IMG/VR virus record: IMGVR_UViG_3300045988_019667 | DNA: 55,059 nucleotides | DNA from: a virus | Reading direction: 5' to 3' (one strand) | Shown: positions 23,776-32,741 of the stretch, piece after piece | Position numbering within the stretch: the stretch's first letter is position 1 | How the letters are laid out: every line of letters starts with the position of its first letter | Notes under the pieces: model-generated | What the model saw: the letters and a program-made list of their open reading frames with translations, nothing else | The model's database searches: none | Told to the model about the DNA's origin: nothing | Made by a program: the position numbers and the translations under genes

Positions 23776-24489
23776 ATGTATCAGAATGATCCGAAAAGAG
23801 TTCTCACCCCCGAATGCCGCCTGTCCTACTGCAACCTCGTGACCGCCCGTGCGCCGCAGAACGGCGTGGGCGACCCGAAGTTCAGCGTCACGCTGCTGAT
23901 CCCTAAGTCCAACCCGACTATCAAGCAGGAGCTTGACGCGGCCATGAACGCCGCCGCCGAGGTCGGCGTCAACGCCAAGTGGAATGGTGTCCGTCCCACC
24001 CGCATCGAATCCGTTGTCCATGACGGTGACGGTGTGCGCCCCTCCGGTGAGCCTTTTGGTGAGGAATGCCGTGGCTGCTGGGTCGTGACCGCATCCAGCA
24101 AGAACAAGCCCTATGTCTGCGGCGCGGACAATGTGAACTGTGAACTGGCTCCCACGGACATTTACAGCGGTATGTATGCCCGTGTGTCCATCAACTTCTA
24201 TGCCTACAACTCTGCGGGCAAGCGCGGCGTCGGCTGCGGCCTGCGCGCCGTGATGAAGACCCGCGACGGCGAACCGCTCAGCAACTCCGTTGTTACCGCC
24301 GCTGAGTTCGCCGGTGTCGGCGGCGTTCAGCCGCAGGCCCCCGCGCAGGGCTACGCTACCGGCCAGTATGGCGCGGCCATGCCCGCAACGCCTGTCCCCG
24401 GCTACGGCGGTTATCCCGCTGGCGGCGTTCAGCCGCAGGCCGGTTACACTCCCGGCCAGATCAACCCCATCACCGGTCAGCCCATGTAA
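23776..24489 (+). CDS. DUF2815-type ssDNA-binding-like protein
   Basis: N-terminus VLTPECRLSYCNLVTARAP...KFSVTLLIPK and a Gly/Pro/Gln-rich tail. It partners with DUF2800, PolA and VirE in this type of replication module. Confidence 0.7.
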   Translation: MYQNDPKRVLTPECRLSYCNLVTARAPQNGVGDPKFSVTLLIPKSNPTIKQELDAAMNAAAEVGVNAKWNGVRPTRIESVVHDGDGVRPSGEPFGEECRGCWVVTASSKNKPYVCGADNVNCELAPTDIYSGMYARVSINFYAYNSAGKRGVGCGLRAVMKTRDGEPLSNSVVTAAEFAGVGGVQPQAPAQGYATGQYGAAMPATPVPGYGGYPAGGVQPQAGYTPGQINPITGQPM

Positions 24490-24555
24490 ACCACAGCGCT
24501 GGGCAGGCGGCTACACAGTGACCGCCTGCCCGGCAAGGACACAAAGGAGGCAAAT

Positions 24556-24927
24556 ATGAAAACCCGTTTTGACTATTCCGGCGTTTGGATCACCGGCGTC
24601 GGCGAGGCTGTCCCCGTGGGCAACATGGAGACGCCGCATTTGCTGAACACGGTGCGTATGCTCGTTCAGAAGCCCGCTCGGACGCTTTCCATCCTCGTGG
24701 CTGACATTGAGCACGCGACCTTCTCTGATACGGTCTGGACGCCCTTCAACGCCGATGACCGCAAGCAGTCCCTCAAGAACGTAACCAGCTTGAGCGACGC
24801 GGAGCTGGTCGAGTATGTGCAGTCAACCCCGCTGTTCAAGTCCATGATCGAGGAGCTTCAGGAGCGCGGTGTCAACACCAAGAACGTTCTCAGCCTTTAT
24901 TCCAGCTCTGAAGCCTTCCAGCGATAA
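24556..24927 (+). CDS. Hypothetical protein (123 aa)
   Basis: AAAGGAGG RBS; tracked ORF. Confidence 0.6.
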   Translation: MKTRFDYSGVWITGVGEAVPVGNMETPHLLNTVRMLVQKPARTLSILVADIEHATFSDTVWTPFNADDRKQSLKNVTSLSDAELVEYVQSTPLFKSMIEELQERGVNTKNVLSLYSSSEAFQR

Positions 24928-24938
24928 GGAGGTGCGAC

Positions 24939-26930
24939 GTGATCCACCTCAGTATCGACCTCGAAACGTACTCGGACGTGAATCTGAAAAAGGCTGGTCT
25001 TTACCGCTATGTGCAAAGTCCCGCCTTTGAGATTCTGCTTTTTGCGTACAGCCTCGACGGTGCGCCCACTCAGGTCGTTGATATGGCACAGGGCGAAAAA
25101 ATCCCGCTGGAAGTTGTCCACGCACTGACAGACCCGCAGTGCCTGAAGCACGCCTACAACGCGGCCTTTGAATGGTACTGCCTCAGTAAGTACATGGGCG
25201 TGCAGCTCCCGCCTTCACAGTGGCGTGACACGATGCTGCACGGCCTGTATGCCGGTTACACCGCAGGTCTGGACGCGACGGGCCGGGCGCTGGGCATTCC
25301 GGAGGACAAGCAGAAGCTGACCACCGGCAAGGCCCTGATTCGCTATTTTTGTGTGCCCTGTAAGCCAACAAAGGCAAACGGCGGCAGAACCCGAAATTAC
25401 CCGCATCACGACCCCGAAAAATGGGCGCTGTTTAAGACCTACAACGGCCAAGACGTTGTGGCGGAAATGGAGATCGAACGCCGCCTGTCTGTGTTCCCCG
25501 TGCCAGATTTCGTTCAGAAGCAGTGGGAAACCGACCTGCTTATCAACGCGCGCGGCGTGGCGGTCGATATGGACTTCTGCGAAGGTGCGTTGGAGCTGGG
25601 CGAAACCATCCGCGCGAAGCTCACGGACGAGGCCGTCCAGCTTTCCGGACTGCAAAACCCCAACAGCGTCAAGCAGCTTGCCCGCTGGCTGTCCGCCGAA
25701 ACCGGCGACGATATTACCACCCTCCGCAAGGAGACGATCAAAGAGCTGCTGGGCCGCGACAACGCTGACCACGTTCAGCGGATGCTGGAAATCCGGCAGG
25801 AGCTGGGCAAGACCAGCACCAAGAAATACGACGCCATCGAGGCCGCTGTGTGCGACGACGGGCGCGTCCGTGGGCTGCTTCAGTTCTACGGCGCAAACCG
25901 GACGGGGCGCTGGGCCGGACGTCTGGTGCAGGTCCAGAATCTGCCCCGCACCTACACGGAGCCGCTGGAATTTGCCCGTGAGCTGGTCAAGGGCCGCAAG
26001 CTCGACGCGCTGCGGACAGTCTATGGCTCTCCGAATGACACGTTGTCACAGCTTATCCGCACCGCGTTTGTGGCTGCCCCCGGCAACGTCCTGATTGACG
26101 CCGATTTCAGCGCCATTGAAGCCCGCGTCATATCGTGGCTGGCCGACGAGGAGTGGCGGCTTGAAGTCTTCAGGACGCACGGCAAAATCTATGAGGCATC
26201 CGCCTCTCAGATGTTCGGCGTCCCACTGGAACGGATCAAGAAGGGCAACCCCGAATATTCCCTCCGGCAGCGCGGCAAGGTCGCAGAATTGGCCCTCGGC
26301 TATCAGGGCGGCGTTCCCGCCATGCGGCAGATGGACACCGGCAAGCTGCTTGCCGACCTGCCGGACGAAGAAATCAAAGACATCGTGGATAAGTGGCGCA
26401 ACACAAACCCCAAAATCCGCAACCTATGGTACAGCTTCAATGATGCAGCAATCCGTGTCATTCAGAATGGCGGCTCTCTCCGTGTTCGCTGCTGCACCTT
26501 CGCGCGGGAATGTGACTGCATTCGTGGTACGACCTGCATGACCATCTCGCTTCCGTCCGGTCGCAAGCTCTATTATGTGGAGCCTGCTGTCGGTGAAAAC
26601 CGCTGGGGCGGTCCGTCCATCACCTATATGGGCGTGAACGACAAAAACAAGTGGGGCCGCATCGAAACCTACGGTGGGAAATTGGTCGAGAACGTTGTTC
26701 AGGCTATCGCCCGCGACTGTCTGGCGCAGGCCATCGAACACCTTGAAGCCGCTGGGCTGCCTGTGGTTTTCCACATCCACGACGAGGTGGTCATCGACAC
26801 CGCCGCATTCGACACCAACGATGCCATGCTTGACAAAGTGGTCAAGATCATGTCAACCCCGATCCCGTGGGCGGAGGGCCTGCCCCTCGGCGCTGACGGC
26901 TGGGTCGGAGCATTTTTCAAAAAAGATTAA
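24939..26930 (+). CDS. Family-A DNA polymerase with 3'-5' exonuclease domain
   Basis: Exo I SIDLETYS. Pol motif A IDADFSAIEARV, motif B RQRGKVAELALGYQGG, motif C FHIHDEVV. Confidence 0.9.
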   Translation: MIHLSIDLETYSDVNLKKAGLYRYVQSPAFEILLFAYSLDGAPTQVVDMAQGEKIPLEVVHALTDPQCLKHAYNAAFEWYCLSKYMGVQLPPSQWRDTMLHGLYAGYTAGLDATGRALGIPEDKQKLTTGKALIRYFCVPCKPTKANGGRTRNYPHHDPEKWALFKTYNGQDVVAEMEIERRLSVFPVPDFVQKQWETDLLINARGVAVDMDFCEGALELGETIRAKLTDEAVQLSGLQNPNSVKQLARWLSAETGDDITTLRKETIKELLGRDNADHVQRMLEIRQELGKTSTKKYDAIEAAVCDDGRVRGLLQFYGANRTGRWAGRLVQVQNLPRTYTEPLEFARELVKGRKLDALRTVYGSPNDTLSQLIRTAFVAAPGNVLIDADFSAIEARVISWLADEEWRLEVFRTHGKIYEASASQMFGVPLERIKKGNPEYSLRQRGKVAELALGYQGGVPAMRQMDTGKLLADLPDEEIKDIVDKWRNTNPKIRNLWYSFNDAAIRVIQNGGSLRVRCCTFARECDCIRGTTCMTISLPSGRKLYYVEPAVGENRWGGPSITYMGVNDKNKWGRIETYGGKLVENVVQAIARDCLAQAIEHLEAAGLPVVFHIHDEVVIDTAAFDTNDAMLDKVVKIMSTPIPWAEGLPLGADGWVGAFFKKD

Positions 26931-26944
26931 GGAGGCAACCTTTT

Positions 26945-27568
26945 ATGTTTATTAAGACTTCTACTACCAACGAAACCACATGGGCCGCGCTGAAGGCGGC
27001 GGTCGATAACGGCACCATCGCGCAGGGCGATTTGGTCATCTTCAATCTGAAGAACGGCGAGGAAGTGGCCGTGAGAGCTACACAGGACAAGAAGGGCAAG
27101 TGGTTCTTCGTCCTCGAAGACTGCCTCGCTGACGAGCACTGCATGAACAAGCGCCCCACCAACAAGGGCGCGTGGGCCGCCTGCGATATGCGGCAGTATC
27201 TCAACAATACCGTGTTCGCCCTTCTGCCGGACGAGCTTCAGGCGCTTATTGCGCCGACGACAATCGTCCAGATCGTGGACGGTGAGCGCGTGGAAACTGA
27301 AGACAAGCTGTTCTTGCTCTCCAAGACGCAGGTGTTCGGCAAGGGCCGCTGGTCGGATCGTGAGCCGGAGGACACGCAACTCCTGTGCTTCCTCCGCGAG
27401 AAGGACCGCGTGAAGGAGTGCAGCGACAATGGAACATGGTGGTGGTGGCTGCGGTCGCCTGAGGCGTCCGGCTCGTCGTCTTTCGCCAGTGTGTCCGGCA
27501 TCGGTGGCAGCAGCAACTGCTCCGCGTCCTCCTCCTACGGGGTGGCGTTCGGCTTCTGTTTAATCTGA
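26945..27568 (+). CDS. Stand-alone lectin-like (WWLRSP-type) protein, DGR target 2 (207 aa)
   Basis: TAAGGAGG RBS 14 nt after the polymerase stop. Paralogous to the C-terminal domain of the tail fibre (GAWAACDMRQYLNNTVFALLP / DKLFLLSKTQV versus GGWASCGMRTWLNETIFAALP / DRLFLLSRAEV). Carries VR2. No obvious signal peptide or TM helix. Confidence 0.9.
   Translation: MFIKTSTTNETTWAALKAAVDNGTIAQGDLVIFNLKNGEEVAVRATQDKKGKWFFVLEDCLADEHCMNKRPTNKGAWAACDMRQYLNNTVFALLPDELQALIAPTTIVQIVDGERVETEDKLFLLSKTQVFGKGRWSDREPEDTQLLCFLREKDRVKECSDNGTWWWWLRSPEASGSSSFASVSGIGGSSNCSASSSYGVAFGFCLI
27443..27554 (+). other. DGR variable region VR2 (remote target)
   Basis: 112 nt collinear with TR 7548..7659. There are 15 mismatches, all at TR adenines (VR2 AGT GTG TCC GGC ATC GGT GGC AGC AGC AAC TGC TCC GCG TCC TCC). 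Confidence 0.93.
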
Positions 27569-27584
27569 TTTCCCTTTGAAATCC

Positions 27585-27603
27585 GGCCCCCGGTCGTGGG
27601 GCC
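27585..27603 (+). promoter_or_regulatory. GC-rich hairpin 30 nt downstream of VR2
   Basis: ggcccc-cggtcgt-ggggcc, the same stem core as the VR1 hairpin. Confidence 0.5.
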
Positions 27604-27645
27604 ACCCAAAATACAATAACACAAAATCTACGGAGGCAACTCATT

Positions 27646-27882
27646 ATGAAATGCGAAAAGCTGATTAAAACCGCCGCTGTGGTGGCTCTGATCCTTTTTA
27701 TCGCCGGTGCAGTAATCGGCACTCTGGCCGTCCCAGTGGTCCTGTCCATGTTCTATTCGTGGTACTGGCTGTTCCTGTATGCCGGTTATCTGCTTGTCAT
27801 CCTCTATGTGGCGCTTTACTGCATCCGCTACAGCTATGAAGAACACATCAATAACGGAGGGAAATCCTATGCAAAACGCTAA
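27646..27882 (+). CDS. Small multi-pass membrane protein (78 aa)
   Basis: GGAGG RBS; three hydrophobic helices. Confidence 0.6.
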   Translation: MKCEKLIKTAAVVALILFIAGAVIGTLAVPVVLSMFYSWYWLFLYAGYLLVILYVALYCIRYSYEEHINNGGKSYAKR

Positions 27883-28180
27883 CATCGGTCTGGTTGACAT
27901 TACGTTGACCTGCCATTTCGAGGTCAAGGACGCCGAAGTGTTCGGCGGCGCTGGGAGCGTCGGCTACACAAGCGTTGCGCTGAAGCACGCGAAAGCCGCC
28001 GACCAGCTTGTGGGCATCATCAACAATTCGGTTCAGTGTGAGGGGTTCCTTTACGCCCAGCGCAAGAGCACTGCTGACCTGCTCGGCGTTCCCGTCGAGT
28101 GCGTCCGGGCCATTACATACGACCAGTACGAGGCTGCGACCGGGGACGATGAAACGGAGGACGACGATGAAGATTATTAA
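27869..28180 (+). CDS. Hypothetical acidic protein (103 aa)
   Basis: GGAGGG RBS before ATG 27869; acidic tail DDETEDDDEDY. Confidence 0.55.
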   Translation: MQNANIGLVDITLTCHFEVKDAEVFGGAGSVGYTSVALKHAKAADQLVGIINNSVQCEGFLYAQRKSTADLLGVPVECVRAITYDQYEAATGDDETEDDDEDY

Positions 28181-28814
28181 GCCCGGCTTCGAGTTCATCA
28201 CGCCCATTGACGGCAGCGTAATCCTGAAGCGCCTTGAGGAGTGCGGGCGCGTCTGCTACAAATCCGAGGGCAAGATCACAGACGACAGCGCCCCTAAGTT
28301 CGTTGCCGGTATCATCAAGCGCGGCCATGAGGCCGTCTTAGAGCATTGCAGCTTTACCGTGAAATTCATTTGTGACCGTGGCGTCAGCCACGAGATCGTC
28401 AGGCACCGGCTGGCATCCTATTGTCAGGAGAGCACCCGCTACTGTAATTACGGCAAGGATCAGTTCGGCAGCGAGATCACAGTCATTGAGCCGTGTTACC
28501 TGAACAAGGACACCTTCGCCTACGACGAGTGGAAAGAGGCTTGCCGCCGCGCTGAAACAGCCTACTTCAACCTTCTGAATTGGGGTCTGTCTCCGCAGGA
28601 GGCCCGCGCAGTGCTCCCGAACAGCCTCAAAACGGAGGTCGTTATGACGGCCAATATCCGCGAGTGGCGTCACTTCCTGCGGCTCCGCACCTCAACCGGC
28701 GCACATCCGCAGATACGGGAAGTAGCTACACCACTGCTGCGTGAGTTGCAGCAGATCGTTCCTGTTTGCTTTGATGACATTCTGCCGAAGGAGGCTAACC
28801 ATGAAACGAGCTGA
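28167..28814 (+). CDS. thyX: Flavin-dependent thymidylate synthase
   Basis: ThyX signature RHRLASYCQESTRY. 215 aa from ATG 28167. Confidence 0.85.
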   Translation: MKIIKPGFEFITPIDGSVILKRLEECGRVCYKSEGKITDDSAPKFVAGIIKRGHEAVLEHCSFTVKFICDRGVSHEIVRHRLASYCQESTRYCNYGKDQFGSEITVIEPCYLNKDTFAYDEWKEACRRAETAYFNLLNWGLSPQEARAVLPNSLKTEVVMTANIREWRHFLRLRTSTGAHPQIREVATPLLRELQQIVPVCFDDILPKEANHETS

Positions 28815-29160
28815 AATTCTGGAACAGGCGCGTAAATGTGTCTGCGGAGAGCGCGAACGTGAATACGGCAGACCCGAAAACAACTTCGCCCTTATCGGCA
28901 AGCTGTGGGAGGCGTATACCGGAATGCACTACAGCGCGAAAGACGTTGCTATGATGCTGGCGCTTCTCAAGGTGGCCCGCATTAAGACCGGCGTCAAGGG
29001 CGACAGTTTTGTTGACTTGGCCGGTTACGCCGCCTGCGCCGGTGAGATCGCCACGGAGACACCGAAGGCCCTGCCTGTCAACACCTGTATTTCCTGCGGC
29101 GCTGAAATCCCTGAGGGGCAGCAAGTTTGCCCCACCTGCCTAAAGGAGGCGTCAAGATGA
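28801..29160 (+). CDS. DUF6378-like protein with C-terminal zinc ribbon
   Basis: CGEREREYGRPENNFALIGKLWEAY...DVAMMLALLKVARIK pattern, plus CISCG..CPTC. Confidence 0.55.
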   Translation: MKRAEILEQARKCVCGEREREYGRPENNFALIGKLWEAYTGMHYSAKDVAMMLALLKVARIKTGVKGDSFVDLAGYAACAGEIATETPKALPVNTCISCGAEIPEGQQVCPTCLKEASR

Positions 29161-29285
29161 ATGTGCTGACCGCAAAAGAGGCAGAAGCGTGGACTTCTGA
29201 AATGGCCCGTGTGGCGAACATGACCATTCGTGAAATCCTCGAAGCCGCTGACCGCAACAACATTGACCGTGATTCTGCTGTTTAG
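29157..29285 (+). CDS. Hypothetical 42-aa protein
   Basis: AAAGGAGG RBS; ATGA overlap; ends at TAG 29283..29285. Confidence 0.4.
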   Translation: MNVLTAKEAEAWTSEMARVANMTIREILEAADRNNIDRDSAV

Positions 29286-29358
29286 TTCTTCGCAGACCTG
29301 TTCCTGACCATGACAAGCGTTGCCACCTTCGAGCACTTCGACTTGGGAGGTGATCCGC

Positions 29359-29643
29359 ATGGCGAGGGATGAATGCTGGGACGCTCTCAAGGAGCACGCC
29401 CGGCAGAATCACAAGGAGCGGGTAGCAAAGAATCCCGACCGCATCGAGTATGCGATCCGGCAGCTTGAGGCCCACAACATTGAATACGTCCTGAAGAACG
29501 ACGCCACAGGCCATTTCCACTGCCGCCGTAAATCCGACGACGCATTGGTCCAGTTCTGGGCAGGCACCGGTAAAATCCTCGGCTACACACAGAGAGGCAT
29601 TCACAACCTGATCCGCATTTGCGAGGAGGATGTGAATGAGTGA
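29359..29643 (+). CDS. Hypothetical protein (94 aa)
   Basis: GGGAGGTGA RBS before ATG 29359. Confidence 0.6.
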   Translation: MARDECWDALKEHARQNHKERVAKNPDRIEYAIRQLEAHNIEYVLKNDATGHFHCRRKSDDALVQFWAGTGKILGYTQRGIHNLIRICEEDVNE

Positions 29644-30231
29644 CTGGATCGGAAACAGCCGGTCGGCCCACGCCATTCTGGGCGCACGAAACTACGCCCA
29701 GAATGAGCGTGAGGTCAACGACTATTACGCAACCGAACCCAAAGCCGCGCAGCTCCTCATGGAGGTAGAACAGTTTGCCCCGATGATATGGGAGTGTGCT
29801 TGCGGTGAAGGGCATTTGGCAAAGGAATTCGAGAGGGCGGGCTATCACGTCTATGCCACAGACCTGATCGACCGGGGCTTCGGGCATCAGCAGGATTTCC
29901 TGAAGTGTCAAGCCCCCCCGTCCCCGGATTCGACATCATTACAAACCCGCCATATTCAAAGGCACAGGAGTTTGTCAAGCACGCCCTTGACATCTCGGCG
30001 GACGGCTGCAAGGTGGCTATGTTCCTCAAGATACAGTTCCTTGAAGGCAAGGCACGGCGAGCGCTCTTTGAGAAATACCCGCCTAAAACCGTATATGTCA
30101 GCTCAAGCCGCCTGCGTTGCGCTATGAACGGCGATTTTGAGAACGGTATAAAATCAAGCGCTGTCTGCTATGCGTGGTATGTGTGGGTGAAGGGGTACAC
30201 CGGTGACACGGTGATTAAATGGATCAATTAG
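29636..30231 (+). pseudogene. DNA N6-adenine methyltransferase with its frame broken at a C7 tract (29913..29919)
   Basis: The N-terminal frame carries motif I (WECACGEGHLAKE). The frame one nucleotide back carries motif IV (FDIITNPPYS) and the rest of the fold. The two ORFs overlap at caagcccccccgtcc; C8 or C5 would give one ORF of about 198 aa. Confidence 0.75.
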
Positions 30232-30245
30232 AAGGAGTGAAATAT

Positions 30246-30437
30246 ATGGATAAGAAAAGCAGCGGCGGCGGTGGAATTGGCTTCGTCGGCCTGCTGACCA
30301 TCGTGTTTATCACGCTCAAGCTGACACACGTTATTGCTTGGTCGTGGTGGTGGGTGCTGTCTCCGCTCTGGATCAGCGTTGCAGTGGTCGCACTGATCGG
30401 CGTTATCGCCGTCTTTGTGGCCCTCTTGCGGAGATGA
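30246..30437 (+). CDS. Small membrane protein (63 aa, 2 TM helices)
   Basis: GAAGGAG RBS; GFVGLLTIVFITL and WWWVLSPLWISVAVVALIGVIAVFVAL. Confidence 0.6.
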   Translation: MDKKSSGGGGIGFVGLLTIVFITLKLTHVIAWSWWWVLSPLWISVAVVALIGVIAVFVALLRR

Positions 30438-30757
30438 CCCGCGTCACCAACCACGCAGCGCGAAGAACAAAGGAACGTCTCGGCCTGCCGAAGAAGCTCT
30501 CCCACAAGAACGCTGAAAATGCGCTGCGGTACGGCATCCGGCACAGCGACACCAGCGGCAGCCTGAACCGGTACATATCGGCGCTGTACTGGAAGCACGA
30601 GACGGCAAACAATGTCCGTATCTACTGCAACAACGTCTATATCTTCCACGGCGAAACCCTTATAACGATTTTTCCGCTGCCGCAAAAATACCGAAAAACT
30701 GCGGCGCGGATCAATCGAAAAACCACAGAACGAGGTGACTTCGATGAAAATTCCTGA
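30434..30757 (+). CDS. Hypothetical protein (107 aa)
   Basis: ATGA overlap with the upstream stop. Confidence 0.55.
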   Translation: MTRVTNHAARRTKERLGLPKKLSHKNAENALRYGIRHSDTSGSLNRYISALYWKHETANNVRIYCNNVYIFHGETLITIFPLPQKYRKTAARINRKTTERGDFDENS

Positions 30758-31058
30758 AAAGATCAAGATCGGCGGCAAGACCTACACCGTCGAGATCACC
30801 AACAAAATGGATCTCGGTATCAATAATGTATCGGCGGAAATCCTCTACGGCGACCTGATTATTCGCGTCAGCCCGCAGGCCACGGCCAAAATGGAAGCCG
30901 ATTTCATCCACGAAATGGTCCATGCGATTTATTTCGGCCTCGGCTACCGCGACCACGACGAAAAACGTGTGGACGAGCTGGCGAACGCGCTCCATTCGGT
31001 CATTGTCGATAACCCGAATGTGTTTGCGCCCGCTGAGGTCGGACGCCATGAGAGTTAA
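30744..31058 (+). CDS. Small HExxH (zincin-like) protein
   Basis: FIHEMVHAIYFG motif; 104 aa. Confidence 0.5.
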   Translation: MKIPEKIKIGGKTYTVEITNKMDLGINNVSAEILYGDLIIRVSPQATAKMEADFIHEMVHAIYFGLGYRDHDEKRVDELANALHSVIVDNPNVFAPAEVGRHES

Positions 31059-31392
31059 ACAGTACAAGGGCACCGTCTACGGCGCTGAACTGACCGCCAA
31101 AGAGCGGCGCGCTATGAACATTGAGATCAACCGGCAAATCGTGGAGGCCGACCGCAAATACCTGAACAACGTTGACGCCATGATCCTTTATTTCCTGCAT
31201 AAGCACCTTGGCTTCGGGAAAAAGCGGCTCCGGCGCGCGTGGGAACAGTTTACGGTCATCCACGATGATCTGGTCAACTACTACGAAATGCCCGACGACG
31301 ACGCATGGCTTGCGGATCGCAAGCTGAAAGAGATCGGCGTTGACGTCGCGGCATGGAACGACGAAAAGAAGGAGACAGCCCATGAAAAATGA
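31048..31392 (+). CDS. Hypothetical protein (114 aa)
   Basis: In-frame ATG 31048 within tracked ORF 30922..31392. Confidence 0.55.
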   Translation: MRVKQYKGTVYGAELTAKERRAMNIEINRQIVEADRKYLNNVDAMILYFLHKHLGFGKKRLRRAWEQFTVIHDDLVNYYEMPDDDAWLADRKLKEIGVDVAAWNDEKKETAHEK

Positions 31393-31801
31393 CGCGGAAA
31401 GAGGCTCACTTATGAAAAGCGATACAGACATCCCGTGCGTCCAGCTTTCTACTGAACAGCAGGTAGCAGCCATTGAGGCCGCTTGCAAGGCCGCGAATCT
31501 CGATGCGCACATCACCAGAATTACGGCGAAAAGCAGGGCTGCCACATGGGCGGAAAAGATCGCCGCCCGCTTCAAATTGGATCGAGAAGACCTTGTGGTC
31601 AAAAACAGCTATATGTATTGTGACGCGCTGGATATGTGTTTCTTCTTCCTGAATGGCCGTACTCCCGCCTTCGCTTATGCCGGTTATACAGTTGTACGGT
31701 CGGCGGACGCAAACGGCGGATTGGTCAAGGCTTTCGCCAAAGCCGACGAGGTGCTGCGGTATATGGCGGAGTATCAGGAAAAGGAGGCGGCTACACAGTG
31801 A
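31382..31801 (+). CDS. Hypothetical protein (139 aa)
   Basis: GAAGGAG RBS 6 nt before ATG 31382. Confidence 0.55.
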   Translation: MKNDAERGSLMKSDTDIPCVQLSTEQQVAAIEAACKAANLDAHITRITAKSRAATWAEKIAARFKLDREDLVVKNSYMYCDALDMCFFFLNGRTPAFAYAGYTVVRSADANGGLVKAFAKADEVLRYMAEYQEKEAATQ

Positions 31802-32130
31802 GCTATGATGTGAGCTTCAAGGCCAAGCTCGAAGGTACGGATCAGTGGGTGTACGTCGGCGACGACTGGATCAACCACACGTCCAACACCGCCGCCATGA
31901 TTAAAGAGGTGTGCGGCTCCTATCCCTCTGAGTGGAACGGCAAGCGCTGTGCCGATATGTACCCCGTGCTCATGCAAGGCGCGTCCTTGCTGTGTCTTCA
32001 TCCGAAGCGCTACCGGCAGTTTGAGCCGGGCAACTGCTGGGGCACGGTGGAATCCACAGCGGAATTTCTCAGGCAGATTGCGGACAACTGCGATAAGTTC
32101 CCGACCGCCGTGATCGAAGTCGATTGTTAG
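31798..32130 (+). CDS. Hypothetical protein (110 aa)
   Basis: GTGA overlap; AGGAGG lies 10 nt upstream. Confidence 0.55.
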   Translation: MSYDVSFKAKLEGTDQWVYVGDDWINHTSNTAAMIKEVCGSYPSEWNGKRCADMYPVLMQGASLLCLHPKRYRQFEPGNCWGTVESTAEFLRQIADNCDKFPTAVIEVDC

Positions 32131-32139
32131 GAGGTCAGT

Positions 32140-32349
32140 ATGGCAAACTACCCCAAGAGGAACAGCGAGGGCTACTACGATCCCACAGCGTATGAGGGCG
32201 TGAAATCTATCGTCCGCGAAGAAAACGCGCTGGATGGCCGCGTGAGCGACCTCGTGAGGGTCCTTAAATTCATCATCCGTAACTGCGGCTTTGAGCTTGT
32301 CAGCCGCATTGAAATCAAAGATGTCAAGACCGGGAGGGTGTTTAAATGA
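32140..32349 (+). CDS. Hypothetical protein (69 aa)
   Basis: TAGGAGG RBS; tracked ORF. Confidence 0.6.
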   Translation: MANYPKRNSEGYYDPTAYEGVKSIVREENALDGRVSDLVRVLKFIIRNCGFELVSRIEIKDVKTGRVFK

Positions 32350-32741
32350 GTGATATGACGAAGGCCGAGCTTGAAGCCAAACTCAGGCAGGCACAGGACA
32401 AAATCTGCTATTGCGAGTGCAAGAACAAGGAGCTTCAGGAGCGTCTGAGCGCGATTGTGGCACCCGTCCAGTGCGACACCTACGCCGAGGCCGTCAGGGC
32501 CTACGGCAAGCAATCGCAGCTTGTGATGGCCATGGAGGAAATGTCCGAGCTGACCAAGGAGCTGTCGAAGAATCTTCGCGGCGCGGATAACTTCAAGGCG
32601 CTGGCCGAGGAAATCGCAGACGTGGAAATCATGCTGGAACAGCTCAAGGTCATTTTCCGCAACCGCGCTCTGGTGGATCGCATCCGTGCGGGAAAACTTG
32701 TCCGCCTGTCTGACCGGATCACGGGAGAAGCGCGGGAATGA
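32346..32741 (+). CDS. MazG-like nucleotide pyrophosphohydrolase
   Basis: EEMSELTKELSK...AEEIADVEIMLEQL is the EExxE...E..aD pattern of the all-alpha NTP-PPase fold. Confidence 0.6.
   Translation: MSDMTKAELEAKLRQAQDKICYCECKNKELQERLSAIVAPVQCDTYAEAVRAYGKQSQLVMAMEEMSELTKELSKNLRGADNFKALAEEIADVEIMLEQLKVIFRNRALVDRIRAGKLVRLSDRITGEARE

Noticed and set aside
24501-24531. 10-bp GC hairpin after the SSB-like gene, considered as a terminator
   Set aside because: It has no T-tract and sits inside a tightly coupled replication operon. It is at most an RNA-stability element and is not called as a feature.
29283-29369. Possible TAG read-through or stop-codon recoding. After the TAG ending the 42-aa ORF the frame stays open for 28 more codons (FFADLFLTMTSVATFEHFDLGGDPHGEG).
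   Set aside because: TAG is used as an ordinary stop elsewhere, with the next gene's RBS right after it (14055..14057, 17450..17452). No other gene needs TAG read-through. The open stretch also contains the RBS and start of the next gene.
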